Part shown: positions 47,209 to 56,244 of the stretch, one piece after another
Layout: every line of letters starts with the position of its first letter
Position numbering within the stretch: the stretch's first letter is position 1
From: an uncultured Tangfeifania sp.
GTDB taxonomy: Bacteria; Bacteroidota; Bacteroidia; Bacteroidales; Prolixibacteraceae
Assembly: GCA_964506325.1 (NCBI GenBank)
Contig: CAZDLO010000005.1
Coordinates: 19,002 to 83,001 of the forward strand
Length of the DNA: 64,000 bases
Direction: 5' to 3'
Translations under genes and position numbers: made by a program
The notes under the pieces: model-generated
The model's input: the letters and a program-made list of their open reading frames with translations, nothing else
Told to the model about the DNA's origin: nothing
The model's database searches: none

Positions 47209-48633
47209 CTATTTTTTCTTCTCGATGCGTTCGTAAGCACCCAGGTCCGGCCCCGCATCATTTGACCTGCTGGCTCCCTTATAATCCAGCGGGACGATTT
47301 TGGCGTAGGTATCCTTCCCCTTGTCCTTGGCTACTGAGAGGGTGTCAAGTTCATAATTTCCCTTTTGCGGGTTTATAAACCGGGGTGGGATATTGCGTAT
47401 AACTTCAACAAATCGCTCGGGGGAGGAGATTTTGAAGGTGTCAGTTATTTGGATGGAGCAATGATCGAAAAGGTAATTGCTCTTCCCCTGTTTGTCCATC
47501 GAGATATTAAGTTCATTGTGGTTTAACCCGCCAATGATGCAATTACCAAAAACGGCCTGGTTAAGGTCACCTACATATTTTGCCCCATCCTTGCTGCTGA
47601 CCAGGTAGTTGGAGAGTGTCAATGTTTCAGTTCTGCGTGTGTTGTTGAAACTGAATATACTGTTATTGCTGAAGGTCGTATGGTAAAACCGATAATCCCC
47701 GCCAAGCAAAAGAGCAGTATTGTAATAGCCTACATTGGCGATTATGCAGTTATAGGCCAGAATTTTGGATTTCATGGCCCAGATTCCCGACCAGCTCATG
47801 TTCTCAATCCTTGTATTTGCAAGTTCGACAGATGCAAATCCTTCTTTTTCTATATTTCCAACCTGTAATCCGATGTTTGCGTTTTTAATAACTGCGTGAT
47901 TGATCAGGTTATCATGGCTTCCGGAAAGAAGAGTAATTCCGTTCCACTGGTCGGGTTGGTTGGCATAACCGCTTTCCAGCCGGTCTCCCTTGAATACCAC
48001 CGGTTCTTCAAGGGTCCCGTTAACCAATAGTTTTCCTTTGATTATTAGTCCGGCGTTTTTGTGGAAACAGATGGTGCAGCCCGGATCAATAGACAGGGTT
48101 TGGGTGGAATCCACGAAAGCATAATTGTAGACCAGATAGGGTTTCTCTTTTGTCCAGGTCATAGTTTTCACCATTTCAGACCTGACCAGTTTGAAATCCT
48201 GTCCCCAGGCAAGTAACCTCACCTTTTGCTCCCTGTTGTTGACCCTGAAAAGAATCGAATCTTCAGCCACCATCACCTGTGGCGTAGCAATTTTATCAAA
48301 AAGGGCCTCGATAAATATGAAAATGCTGTCATGGGCAGGTATTTCAAGGTTAAGAACTTCATTGGATGATTCCCCGTTAACATTAAGGCGGAAGGAACTT
48401 TTATCTCCGCCTGCCAGTTCGATGGATGAAATATTGATACGGCTGCCTGAAGAATTGTATACCCTGAGATTCTTGGTCGGTGATCCGATGGTGGTGAAGA
48501 TTGTATCGAAGGCAATGGTGTCGGATGAAAATGACAGCAACTTACCGGAGGAATCGCTGTCGCTTTCTTTCTGACATCTTCCGACCAGGAAAAAAATCAG
48601 AACCATAACCAATGCTTGTATAAACAATCTCAT
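47209..48633 (-). CDS. Hypothetical lipoprotein, probable right-handed beta-helix repeat protein
   Basis: Lipoprotein-type signal ending ..FLVGRC. Repeated short G/N-rich strands (NAGLIIKGKLLVNG, IKNANIGLQVGN, NCIIANVGYYN, GNCIIGG) suggest a pectin-lyase-like fold. Confidence 0.5.
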   Translation of the reverse strand: MRLFIQALVMVLIFFLVGRCQKESDSDSSGKLLSFSSDTIAFDTIFTTIGSPTKNLRVYNSSGSRINISSIELAGGDKSSFRLNVNGESSNEVLNLEIPAHDSIFIFIEALFDKIATPQVMVAEDSILFRVNNREQKVRLLAWGQDFKLVRSEMVKTMTWTKEKPYLVYNYAFVDSTQTLSIDPGCTICFHKNAGLIIKGKLLVNGTLEEPVVFKGDRLESGYANQPDQWNGITLLSGSHDNLINHAVIKNANIGLQVGNIEKEGFASVELANTRIENMSWSGIWAMKSKILAYNCIIANVGYYNTALLLGGDYRFYHTTFSNNSIFSFNNTRRTETLTLSNYLVSSKDGAKYVGDLNQAVFGNCIIGGLNHNELNISMDKQGKSNYLFDHCSIQITDTFKISSPERFVEVIRNIPPRFINPQKGNYELDTLSVAKDKGKDTYAKIVPLDYKGASRSNDAGPDLGAYERIEKKK

Positions 48634-48721
48634 ACGTCCAAAGGTAATTAAACAGGAATAGGTATATGCTGAAAAATACAGGGTGAATGCAGTAACCCAA
48701 ATATAACAAAAAAAATGGATT

Positions 48722-50182
48722 TTAACTTTTTTTAACGAAATTATTTTCCTTCATCCTGATCAGCAATAATCCGGCGAAAGTTATGGCTCCATTGATAATA
48801 ACCAATTCAAATCCAATTTGATAACCATTGAATATTTTTTCAGAATAGTTGTTGAGGAACCATGCAAGTACCGGCGACAAAATAACTACTACCGGAACCA
48901 ACCGATCCCTGATCCTGTATCGGGTCAGCAAGCCGAAAGCAAACAGGCCTAGCAGCGGGCCATAAGTCAGTCCGGCAACTTTGAAAACCGCCATGACAAC
49001 ACTCTGGTTGTTGACAGCCTTGAAAATCAATATCACAATCAACAGGAGCAATGAAAATCCTATGTGTGTAATTCGGAGTATCCTGCCTTTATTTTTGTCT
49101 TCACGCGTTCTGAAATTCAAAAAATCAATACAAAAGGCAGTGGTGAGGGAAGTAAGGGCAGAATCTGCACTGGCATAATTGGCAGCGGTAATTCCCAGCA
49201 GGAAGAATACCCCGATCATCAGGTTCATATGGCTGATGGCCAGCATGGGGTATAAGTCGTCACTTTTCAGGGGAAGGCTGATCTGGTGTGATTCGGCGTA
49301 GATGTACAGTAAGGCGCCCAATGTCAGGAACATCCATACCACCCCGACAAAGATGACACTGAAGGTTACCATATTTTTCTGTGCTTCCTTCAGGTTCTTG
49401 CAGGTGAGGTTCTTTTGCATCATATCCTGGTCGAGGCCCGACATGACAATGGTGATAAATATTCCAGCCAGAAATTGCTTGGGAAAGAATTTCCCGGATC
49501 GCCAGTCCCAGTCAAAGACTTTTGAATGGGGGCTGTCAGCCACTTTTGTTATCATATCTCCAAAACTCCATCCCAAACTGGTGAAAATAAAATAGATAGT
49601 CAGGACAACTGCGGAAATGAGAAATATTGTCTGCAGTGAATCTGTATAGATTATGGTTTTAACTCCGCCTTTCGTTGTATAAATCCAGATCAAAAATATA
49701 CTGATCATTACAGTGACACCGAACGGGATGCCAAAATGTGCAAAAAAAGCAAGCTGAAGAACTTCTGCCACCAGGTACATCCTGAATGCGGCTCCGATTG
49801 TTCGGGAGAGGAGAAAGAAAAATGAACCGGATTTGTAGGAGAAGAAACCAAGGCGTTCTTCCAGGTAGGTATAAATGGAGATGAGGTTCATCCGGTAATA
49901 GACCGGGAGCAACACAAATGCCACAATCATGTAACCCACAAAATTTCCCATCACAAATTCAAAATAGGTAAAAGCAGAATTGCCTACCTCCCCCGGTACG
50001 GAAATAAAGGTTACCCCGGATATGGTTGTCCCTATCATCCCAAATGCCACAACAAACCATGGCGATTTGCGGTTGGCTGTGAAAAATGTGTCAGTGGTGG
50101 CTTTTCTGCTGGTAAAATAGGCCACCAGTATAAGGAGAATAAAATATCCTGAAAGAAGAGATGCGACAAGAATTGGTTTCAC
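48722..50182 (-). CDS. Sodium:solute symporter (SSS) family transporter
   Basis: About 13 TM segments, with the N-terminal pattern ILLILVAYFTSRK..DTFFTANRKSPWFVVAFGMIGTTISGVTFISVPG. The apparent start is GTG. Confidence 0.85.
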   Translation of the reverse strand: MKPILVASLLSGYFILLILVAYFTSRKATTDTFFTANRKSPWFVVAFGMIGTTISGVTFISVPGEVGNSAFTYFEFVMGNFVGYMIVAFVLLPVYYRMNLISIYTYLEERLGFFSYKSGSFFFLLSRTIGAAFRMYLVAEVLQLAFFAHFGIPFGVTVMISIFLIWIYTTKGGVKTIIYTDSLQTIFLISAVVLTIYFIFTSLGWSFGDMITKVADSPHSKVFDWDWRSGKFFPKQFLAGIFITIVMSGLDQDMMQKNLTCKNLKEAQKNMVTFSVIFVGVVWMFLTLGALLYIYAESHQISLPLKSDDLYPMLAISHMNLMIGVFFLLGITAANYASADSALTSLTTAFCIDFLNFRTREDKNKGRILRITHIGFSLLLLIVILIFKAVNNQSVVMAVFKVAGLTYGPLLGLFAFGLLTRYRIRDRLVPVVVILSPVLAWFLNNYSEKIFNGYQIGFELVIINGAITFAGLLLIRMKENNFVKKS

Positions 50183-50385
50183 TCGTAAATATTATTAGTA
50201 TATTATTGAATATCAACAATTAAGCGTTGCGCCCGAAGGTGAATTTGAATTTCCTATTGTTGGCTTAGCCCATGCTCGTTTCAGAAGCATTTTACTGTGC
50301 CTGTCGTACCCGGGAAATTGGAAAGAACGGAGGCTGCTGCCGGAATATTTAGACAGGCTTTAACTGTTCGGGCAATGATTGCAAA

Positions 50386-51540
50386 TCAATAGAGTAAATA
50401 TTTGGTCCGGATCATCCTGTAATTGTTCAATTCCTCTTGCCAGCTTTCAGCAATCACTTTTTCATTTTTCCCTTCCTTGATAAGTTTTAAAACCAGGTCA
50501 TTTCCCATCAGGAGATTAAACCATCTTTCATTGCTTAGGAAATCAGCAGGCTCACTAAACTGTTTGTACCAATCCATAAAGTATTTCAAGGTAAAGGCGG
50601 GTATCTCATTCATGGTTCTCAAATCCTGTCCGTAGCATGTTTTATCCTTGTGAAGCGGATTCATCTCAAATCCTTTGAGGCTTTGGGGTGTAAAAGAGAA
50701 TGTTCCGAATTTCGGATCCGGAAAGCCCATTACCTGGAATGGGAAAGTAGTGCCTCTTCCGATACTCACTTTTGTCGCCTCAAAAAAGCAAAGAGAGGGA
50801 TAGAGCCTTATGGATGCATAGTTGGGTAAATTCGGGGAGGGTTTGACAGGAGGCTCGTATTTTGATTTGTGGTTGTAGTTTTTAACAGGAATTATGGTAA
50901 GATCACATTTAATCCCATTTTTCAGCCAACCTTCACCGTTGATCATCTTAGCCATTTCACCCACAGTACAACCATGAACTACAGGGATCGGATCCACGCC
51001 GACAAAAGACCTGAATGCCGGTTTGAGTATGGGCCCTGCACAATAATCCCCATTGGGATTGGGTCTGTCGAGTATCATCAGCTTCCTGCCGTTTTCGCCA
51101 CATGACTCCATCACGTAATGAAGGGTACTGATATAGGTGTAGAACCTGCATCCAACGTCTTGTATATCATAGATCAGCAGGTCAATGTCCTGGAGTTGTT
51201 CTTTGCCCGGTTGCCTGTTTTTTCCATAAATGGAAATAATTGGAATACCGGTTTTGGCATCCACCGAATTATCGACCTTTTCACCTGCATCTGCCTCGCC
51301 ACGCAGACCATGTTCCGGAGCAAACAACACTTTTACTGCAATTCCGTTGCTGGTGAGAAAATCTACGAGATGTTTTCCCTTTGCTGTTGAGGTGTGGTTT
51401 ACCACCATTCCGACACGCTGGCCTTTCAGGGTATTCAGGTAAAGATCCGGCTGATCCGCTCCGCATACCGGTTCGCTTTCCTGGGCCATACTGAAGCTGG
51501 CAAAGGATAAAAAAATGCAGAATGCAGCAATTGTTCTCAT
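50386..51540 (-). CDS. DUF1343 / NamZ-like exo-beta-N-acetylmuramidase family protein
   Basis: Blocks typical of DUF1343 are present: GMVVNHTS, LFAPEHGLRG, DLLIYDIQDVGCRFYTYISTL, ILDRPNP, PIPVVHGCTVGE. The start is placed at MRTIAAF (51540) so that a signal peptide results. Confidence 0.8.
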   Translation of the reverse strand: MRTIAAFCIFLSFASFSMAQESEPVCGADQPDLYLNTLKGQRVGMVVNHTSTAKGKHLVDFLTSNGIAVKVLFAPEHGLRGEADAGEKVDNSVDAKTGIPIISIYGKNRQPGKEQLQDIDLLIYDIQDVGCRFYTYISTLHYVMESCGENGRKLMILDRPNPNGDYCAGPILKPAFRSFVGVDPIPVVHGCTVGEMAKMINGEGWLKNGIKCDLTIIPVKNYNHKSKYEPPVKPSPNLPNYASIRLYPSLCFFEATKVSIGRGTTFPFQVMGFPDPKFGTFSFTPQSLKGFEMNPLHKDKTCYGQDLRTMNEIPAFTLKYFMDWYKQFSEPADFLSNERWFNLLMGNDLVLKLIKEGKNEKVIAESWQEELNNYRMIRTKYLLY

Positions 51541-51790
51541 CCAATCCGATTTTTGCTGGTGTAGGGGGTAAACCCTGTGAATAGATTTCATCCTGATGTT
51601 GTTAATGATTGAAAATACGTTGGTTTTTGTCCTGCTTTTCATACCCGGTTTTTTTGGTTTTCAAATATGCAACGCGTGAACAGGTAGGACACTATTTTTT
51701 GCTAAGTTAAAGATAACAGTGAAATCATTGGTATCTTGTCGTACCAAATTTAAATTGACTTGCACGATTTCGGATTTAGCCGGTTTTGGT

Positions 51791-51798
51791 TAGATTTG
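51791..51798 (+). promoter_or_regulatory. Candidate -7 box (TAGATTTG)
   Basis: Matches TAnnTTTG, 27 nt upstream of the ATG at 51826. Confidence 0.35.
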
Positions 51799-51825
51799 GG
51801 CTCATACAACTGTAAGCATTAATGA

Positions 51826-53814
51826 ATGGCAAATAAGCTATTAATCATCCTGTTAATAATACTGTTACCTTTTGCAATTTGTGGGCAGAATAAAACCCGG
51901 ACAACCATAAGTAAGGTAAATACCAGGCCGGCCGGGGTAAATTCCACCGTCAGATTTTCTCCTGAGCGGGAGGGCAGGTTAAACAGGAGAAACCAGGCTT
52001 ACAGGTCCCTGGTAGTCCAGAAAAACAATGGTCAGCTTCTGCCGTTGGGCAGGCTGGATACAATAAGGGCCCTTGTTGTGAGGGTTGGAATGGGAGAGGA
52101 GAATCAGCTGCCGCAATTAGCAGCAAGGTATTTTAAATCTGATTACAGGACCGTAAATTCTCTGGCGGAATTTGAAAAATTCAATCAGAACAATTTTGTT
52201 TCCAACAAATATAACCTGGTCATATTGGCCTTTGGCGATAAAAGGCGGGTAATTGAGAAAATGGTCATCCGAAACGGATTCAAACCCGGGAAGAATGAAA
52301 CTCCCCCGTCATCTGCCGGCGAGAGGTACGTGGTCAATATTCCTGCGAAGACAAAAATAGTGGTGATAAGGTTTGGATCACCCTCTTTTCAGGAAGTCAA
52401 CTCCATTGCAGACAGGGCAGATGCCGAGATAGTCGCTGAGAACCAGGGATTCGATTGTCTCGACCTTTCTGTTCAGCTGTTATTCGGGGCGATCGGGACA
52501 GATGGCAGACTCAGCAATGACTTTGATAAATTCAAAAAGGGGGATGGAATCTCCTTTTTACCGGTCGGCCGGCTCCGGTATGTTATCCCGGAGGAAGTAG
52601 GCATTGATTCTTTGAGACTTTTCCAAAAGGTGGACTCGCTTGTTGGAATCGGTTTGAAAGCAAGGGCATTCCCTGGATGCCAGGTCCTGCTGGCCAAAAA
52701 GGGAAGAATATTTTATCAAAAATCTTATGGTTATCAGACCTATGAACAGTCACGTCCTGTTAAGATGGATGATCTTTATGATCTGGCATCCGTCACTAAA
52801 ATCCTTGCCCCTTTACCTGCCCTGATGATGCTTGCAGATCAAAAAAAATTCCAGGTTGACAAAAAAATGAGTGATTACTGGACAAACTGGAAAGGGAGCA
52901 ACAAGGAAGGAATTCTTGTTGCAGATTTGCTCTCTCACCAGGCCAGGCTTAAACCGGGCATACTATTATGGCCGCTGGTTATTGATGGCCAGGGTCATTA
53001 CATCACCGAATATTGTTCATCCACTCAAAAACCGGGATTTAACCTCAGGGTTTCCGGAAATTTATTTCTCCTTGACAACTTCCGTGACCAGGTTTACAGC
53101 ATAATCCGGGATTCACCTCTGCTCAAAAGCAGGAAGTATGTCTATTCTGACCTGGGTTTTGTAATTCTTCCCGGCGTTGTTGAAAAACTTACAGGAGAAA
53201 ACTATGAAAAATATCTCCAGGAACGGTTGTACGCCAGGCTGGGTGCTTCCACACTCATGTACAATCCATACCTGCATGTCCCTGCAGAGAAAATTGTTCC
53301 TACTGAAAACGATAAAACTTTCAGGCATGAGCTGATACAGGGGTTTGTACACGATGAGACTGCTGCCGTGATGGGCGGAATATCAGGCAATGCAGGGTTA
53401 TTTGGTTCGGCCGGGGATGTTGCAAAAATAATGCAGCTTTACCTGCAGGAAGGGGAATATGGGAAAGAAAGGTTTATTTCACCCGGAACTCTCCTTGACT
53501 GGACCAGCAGTCACCGGCAAAAGACTGTCAACAGGAGGGGTTATGGTTTTGATAAGCCGGGCACAACATATAGTCGTTACAAAGGCAGGGTTAAATACCC
53601 GTCTGCATCAGTTTCGGAGGAGAGTTTTGGCCATTCAGGGTATACAGGTACCTTCACGTGGGTCGATCCGGCCAATGGAATGTTGTTTGTTTTCTTGTCA
53701 AACCGGGTGTTTCCGGACAGGAACAATCACAAGATCAATAAATTGAATCTGAGGCAGCAAATTCTTGAGAGCGCTTTCAAACTCGCAGGAAATCTTCCGC
53801 TTGATGATCATTGA
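51826..53814 (+). CDS. Secreted serine hydrolase with a C-terminal beta-lactamase/PBP-fold domain and an unassigned N-terminal ~290-aa domain
   Basis: Has a signal peptide. The SxxK active-site motif occurs in LYDLASVTKILAPLP. Also present are YSDLGF (YxN-like) and HSGYTGT (the KTG/HxG box). Confidence 0.8.
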   Translation: MANKLLIILLIILLPFAICGQNKTRTTISKVNTRPAGVNSTVRFSPEREGRLNRRNQAYRSLVVQKNNGQLLPLGRLDTIRALVVRVGMGEENQLPQLAARYFKSDYRTVNSLAEFEKFNQNNFVSNKYNLVILAFGDKRRVIEKMVIRNGFKPGKNETPPSSAGERYVVNIPAKTKIVVIRFGSPSFQEVNSIADRADAEIVAENQGFDCLDLSVQLLFGAIGTDGRLSNDFDKFKKGDGISFLPVGRLRYVIPEEVGIDSLRLFQKVDSLVGIGLKARAFPGCQVLLAKKGRIFYQKSYGYQTYEQSRPVKMDDLYDLASVTKILAPLPALMMLADQKKFQVDKKMSDYWTNWKGSNKEGILVADLLSHQARLKPGILLWPLVIDGQGHYITEYCSSTQKPGFNLRVSGNLFLLDNFRDQVYSIIRDSPLLKSRKYVYSDLGFVILPGVVEKLTGENYEKYLQERLYARLGASTLMYNPYLHVPAEKIVPTENDKTFRHELIQGFVHDETAAVMGGISGNAGLFGSAGDVAKIMQLYLQEGEYGKERFISPGTLLDWTSSHRQKTVNRRGYGFDKPGTTYSRYKGRVKYPSASVSEESFGHSGYTGTFTWVDPANGMLFVFLSNRVFPDRNNHKINKLNLRQQILESAFKLAGNLPLDDH

Positions 53815-54066
53815 TTAAACATGTTATAAAACAGTTCCATCAATTTTTAGTTACAAAATGCTTTAATTCAGTGTCTATCAACAGGTAATATATTGAACGG
53901 AATTTATCAAGTGTTAAAAAATCTAAAATTTCAACAACAGGATTTTAAATGATGCAACAGAAGTGTAACATTATTGAATTATTAGTATTAATTTGGCTGA
54001 ACTGAAACGAGCTATTATTAGTTTGCCCTATAAAATTTATTTATTAACTTTTTAAAAACCAATACA

Positions 54067-54315
54067 ATGACTGAAAAAATAACATTTAACGAGTTAAGAA
54101 AAATTAAAGACAATTTACCTGACGGTTCTATGCACCGCATCGCCGAAGAGTTGGGTTTGGATGTTGAGACCGTCAGGAATTATTTTGGTGGAGCTAATTA
54201 TGCACACGGGAAAAGTGTTGGCATGCACATCGAGCAAGGCCCCAATGGAGGAATCGTTTTGCTGGATGATACAACGATTTTAGAAAAGGCCCAGGAGATT
54301 CTTCACGGGCATTGA
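54067..54315 (+). CDS. Small hypothetical protein with a possible helix-turn-helix
   Basis: An 82-aa ORF preceded by a ~250-bp AT-rich region and followed by a strong terminator. The segment MHRIAEELGLDVETVRNYF looks HTH-like. Confidence 0.5.
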   Translation: MTEKITFNELRKIKDNLPDGSMHRIAEELGLDVETVRNYFGGANYAHGKSVGMHIEQGPNGGIVLLDDTTILEKAQEILHGH

Positions 54316-54340
54316 TTCAGTCAGGAAAATACAATATTTT

Positions 54341-54368
54341 GCTGCCCCGCTATCGGGGCAGTTTTTTT
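54341..54368 (+). terminator. Rho-independent terminator
   Basis: CTGCCCCG-ctat-CGGGGCAG followed by TTTTTTT. Confidence 0.75.
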
Positions 54369-54388
54369 AACAATTAATTCAACAGAAA

Positions 54389-55162
54389 ATGAGAAAAATC
54401 CTCTTACTCCTGGCCTTCACCTTTCCTGCGCTGCTTCAGGCGAAAACCAAGGAAGTGAAGTTGTTTAACGGCAAAGATTTAAGCAATTGGGAAATTTTCA
54501 CACCGGCTTCAGGTCCGCAGCCTTCCGAGGCCCTGTTTACTGTAATTAATATCTCCGGAGAGAATATCCTTCGTATTACCGGTGAAATAAACTCCTCCCT
54601 GGCTACGAAAAAGGAATATGAGAATTATCACCTGAGAATGGTGTTCAGGTGGGGAGAAAAGGTATTTAAGCAGAAGAATTCCGGGATATTGTACCACAGT
54701 TACGGCCCATTCGGGGAAGGACTGGGTGTTTGGATGAGTTCACACGAGTTTCAACTGTGCACCGGTAAAATAGGGGATTCATATTGCATGGGGAACAGCT
54801 ATTTTGAAATTCCGGCAGCCAAAGATCCTGATGGTAAAGTTTGGCGGTATGCATTCGGGGGAACGAAATCTCAGTTCGGCACCAATTTCCCTGCCAAGAA
54901 TTGTGCGAAAAGGTCTGATCATGAAACACCATCAGGAGAGTGGAATACAGTTGACCTCTATTGTTTTGGCCGGACTTCGGTACACGTGGTCAACGGGGTG
55001 GTTACCATGGTCAACTACAATTCCGGAAGAATTGAAAAGGACGGAACTATATTGCCACTTTCGAAAGGTAAAATTCAGATACAGTCAGAAGGTGGTGAGC
55101 TGTTTGTCAAGAGTATTACGCTTGATAGAATAAAGGAAATTCCGGCTGAATTGATAAAGTAA
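54389..55162 (+). CDS. DUF1080 (3-keto-disaccharide hydrolase-like, concanavalin-type) secreted protein
   Basis: Has a signal peptide. KLFNGKDLSNWEIF near the N-terminus and GKIQIQSEGGELFVKSITL at the C-terminus are the usual DUF1080 end blocks. Confidence 0.8.
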   Translation: MRKILLLLAFTFPALLQAKTKEVKLFNGKDLSNWEIFTPASGPQPSEALFTVINISGENILRITGEINSSLATKKEYENYHLRMVFRWGEKVFKQKNSGILYHSYGPFGEGLGVWMSSHEFQLCTGKIGDSYCMGNSYFEIPAAKDPDGKVWRYAFGGTKSQFGTNFPAKNCAKRSDHETPSGEWNTVDLYCFGRTSVHVVNGVVTMVNYNSGRIEKDGTILPLSKGKIQIQSEGGELFVKSITLDRIKEIPAELIK

Positions 55163-55178
55163 TTTCCAGTCTGTGGGA

Positions 55179-55217
55179 TAAAAAAAGCGAAATCTTTTTA
55201 AGATTTCGCTTTTTTTA
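55179..55217. terminator. Bidirectional rho-independent terminator
   Basis: A7-AGCGAAATCT-tttta-AGATTTCGCT-T7 is a perfect 10-bp stem between convergent genes. Confidence 0.75.
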
Positions 55218-56021
55218 TTAAAAGTCTGAGTAGTCAGTGGGATGCAGGAGCAACGTTACGTTCTTAGACACCGTATTCTTGTATTCCGCCATGCCGGAAA
55301 GCCTTTTCCAGTCGGGGTGGTTTCTGAAGGAATTCCAGTGGTCAGTCCGGGAAGCCAGGTTTTCGAAGGAGGTCATGTACATCAGGTTGGGCATAGTGCT
55401 GCCTGAAATCACTTCACCGTAGAATACTGCATTAAAGTTAAGGCTGGTGAAAATCTTCATCTCACCACCGGCATTGAACATTTCAACTTTCTTTCTGTAT
55501 AGGTTTTCGGTCGGACCTTCATAGCTCCTCAGCTCATAAATCCTCTCAGAGGCAGGTGTTGTATACTTTGGTGCAAAATAATTTGGATTATCAATGAATG
55601 CATACAATAGAATGGATTCTTTGCGTACGTAAGGTGCCTGATCGTAAGGAGCCCCCAGGAAATCCATGCCAATCTTCTGGTAGTCGGCATCTTTGTTCAG
55701 GGCTTCCTGAATTTTGTGGAATTGTTCAAGGGAAGTGAAAGGTACCCATACAAAAACACGTTTCCCTGATAAAGTATCGGTTTCAACAGGTTTAAAGACA
55801 CCGACACTTTTAATCCCGGCCTTGTGTAAAGCCGGCAGGTAGGCATTTTTCAGAAAATTGTCCACTTTTTCTTCCTGTACTTTACCTGACAACCGGTAAA
55901 CCTGGATCTGGTAATAGTCACGGGATTTGGTAAAGCCGGAATTTGTCAGAAAGAAGACAAACATGACTAAAAAAATCAATTTCAATAAAGATTTTTTACA
56001 AAGGCTGTTCATTTGGTACAT
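55218..56021 (-). CDS. Secreted NIPSNAP-family protein (two dimeric alpha/beta-barrel repeats)
   Basis: Has a signal peptide. YYQIQVYRL and IYELRSYEG begin the two NIPSNAP repeats. Confidence 0.75.
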   Translation of the reverse strand: MYQMNSLCKKSLLKLIFLVMFVFFLTNSGFTKSRDYYQIQVYRLSGKVQEEKVDNFLKNAYLPALHKAGIKSVGVFKPVETDTLSGKRVFVWVPFTSLEQFHKIQEALNKDADYQKIGMDFLGAPYDQAPYVRKESILLYAFIDNPNYFAPKYTTPASERIYELRSYEGPTENLYRKKVEMFNAGGEMKIFTSLNFNAVFYGEVISGSTMPNLMYMTSFENLASRTDHWNSFRNHPDWKRLSGMAEYKNTVSKNVTLLLHPTDYSDF

Positions 56022-56244
56022 TGTTTCTGGTTTATTTTTTGGTTTGACTGATCTAACAAAATTAATAAATATTATGATTCAGGCTGTTGTTGGCAAGTGC
56101 GAAAAAGGGAACAAAAACCGGACCGGCAAGTGCTGAAGAATGAAGAGTTTAATTGAAGATTCTTGTAAGCAATCACCGGGCTTTAAATAAAATTGGCAGG
56201 CAAAGCGCATCCCTTGTTATTGTTGAAATAATTTGGGCGAAGGC

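Noticed and set aside
50272-50352. 26-codon Cys-rich mini-ORF (MLVSEAFYCACRTREIGKNGGCCRNI) in the NamZ/SSS spacer, considered as a RiPP-like precursor
   Set aside because: It is on the strand opposite both flanking genes. No maturase or processing genes lie nearby and there is no obvious promoter, so a chance ORF is more likely.
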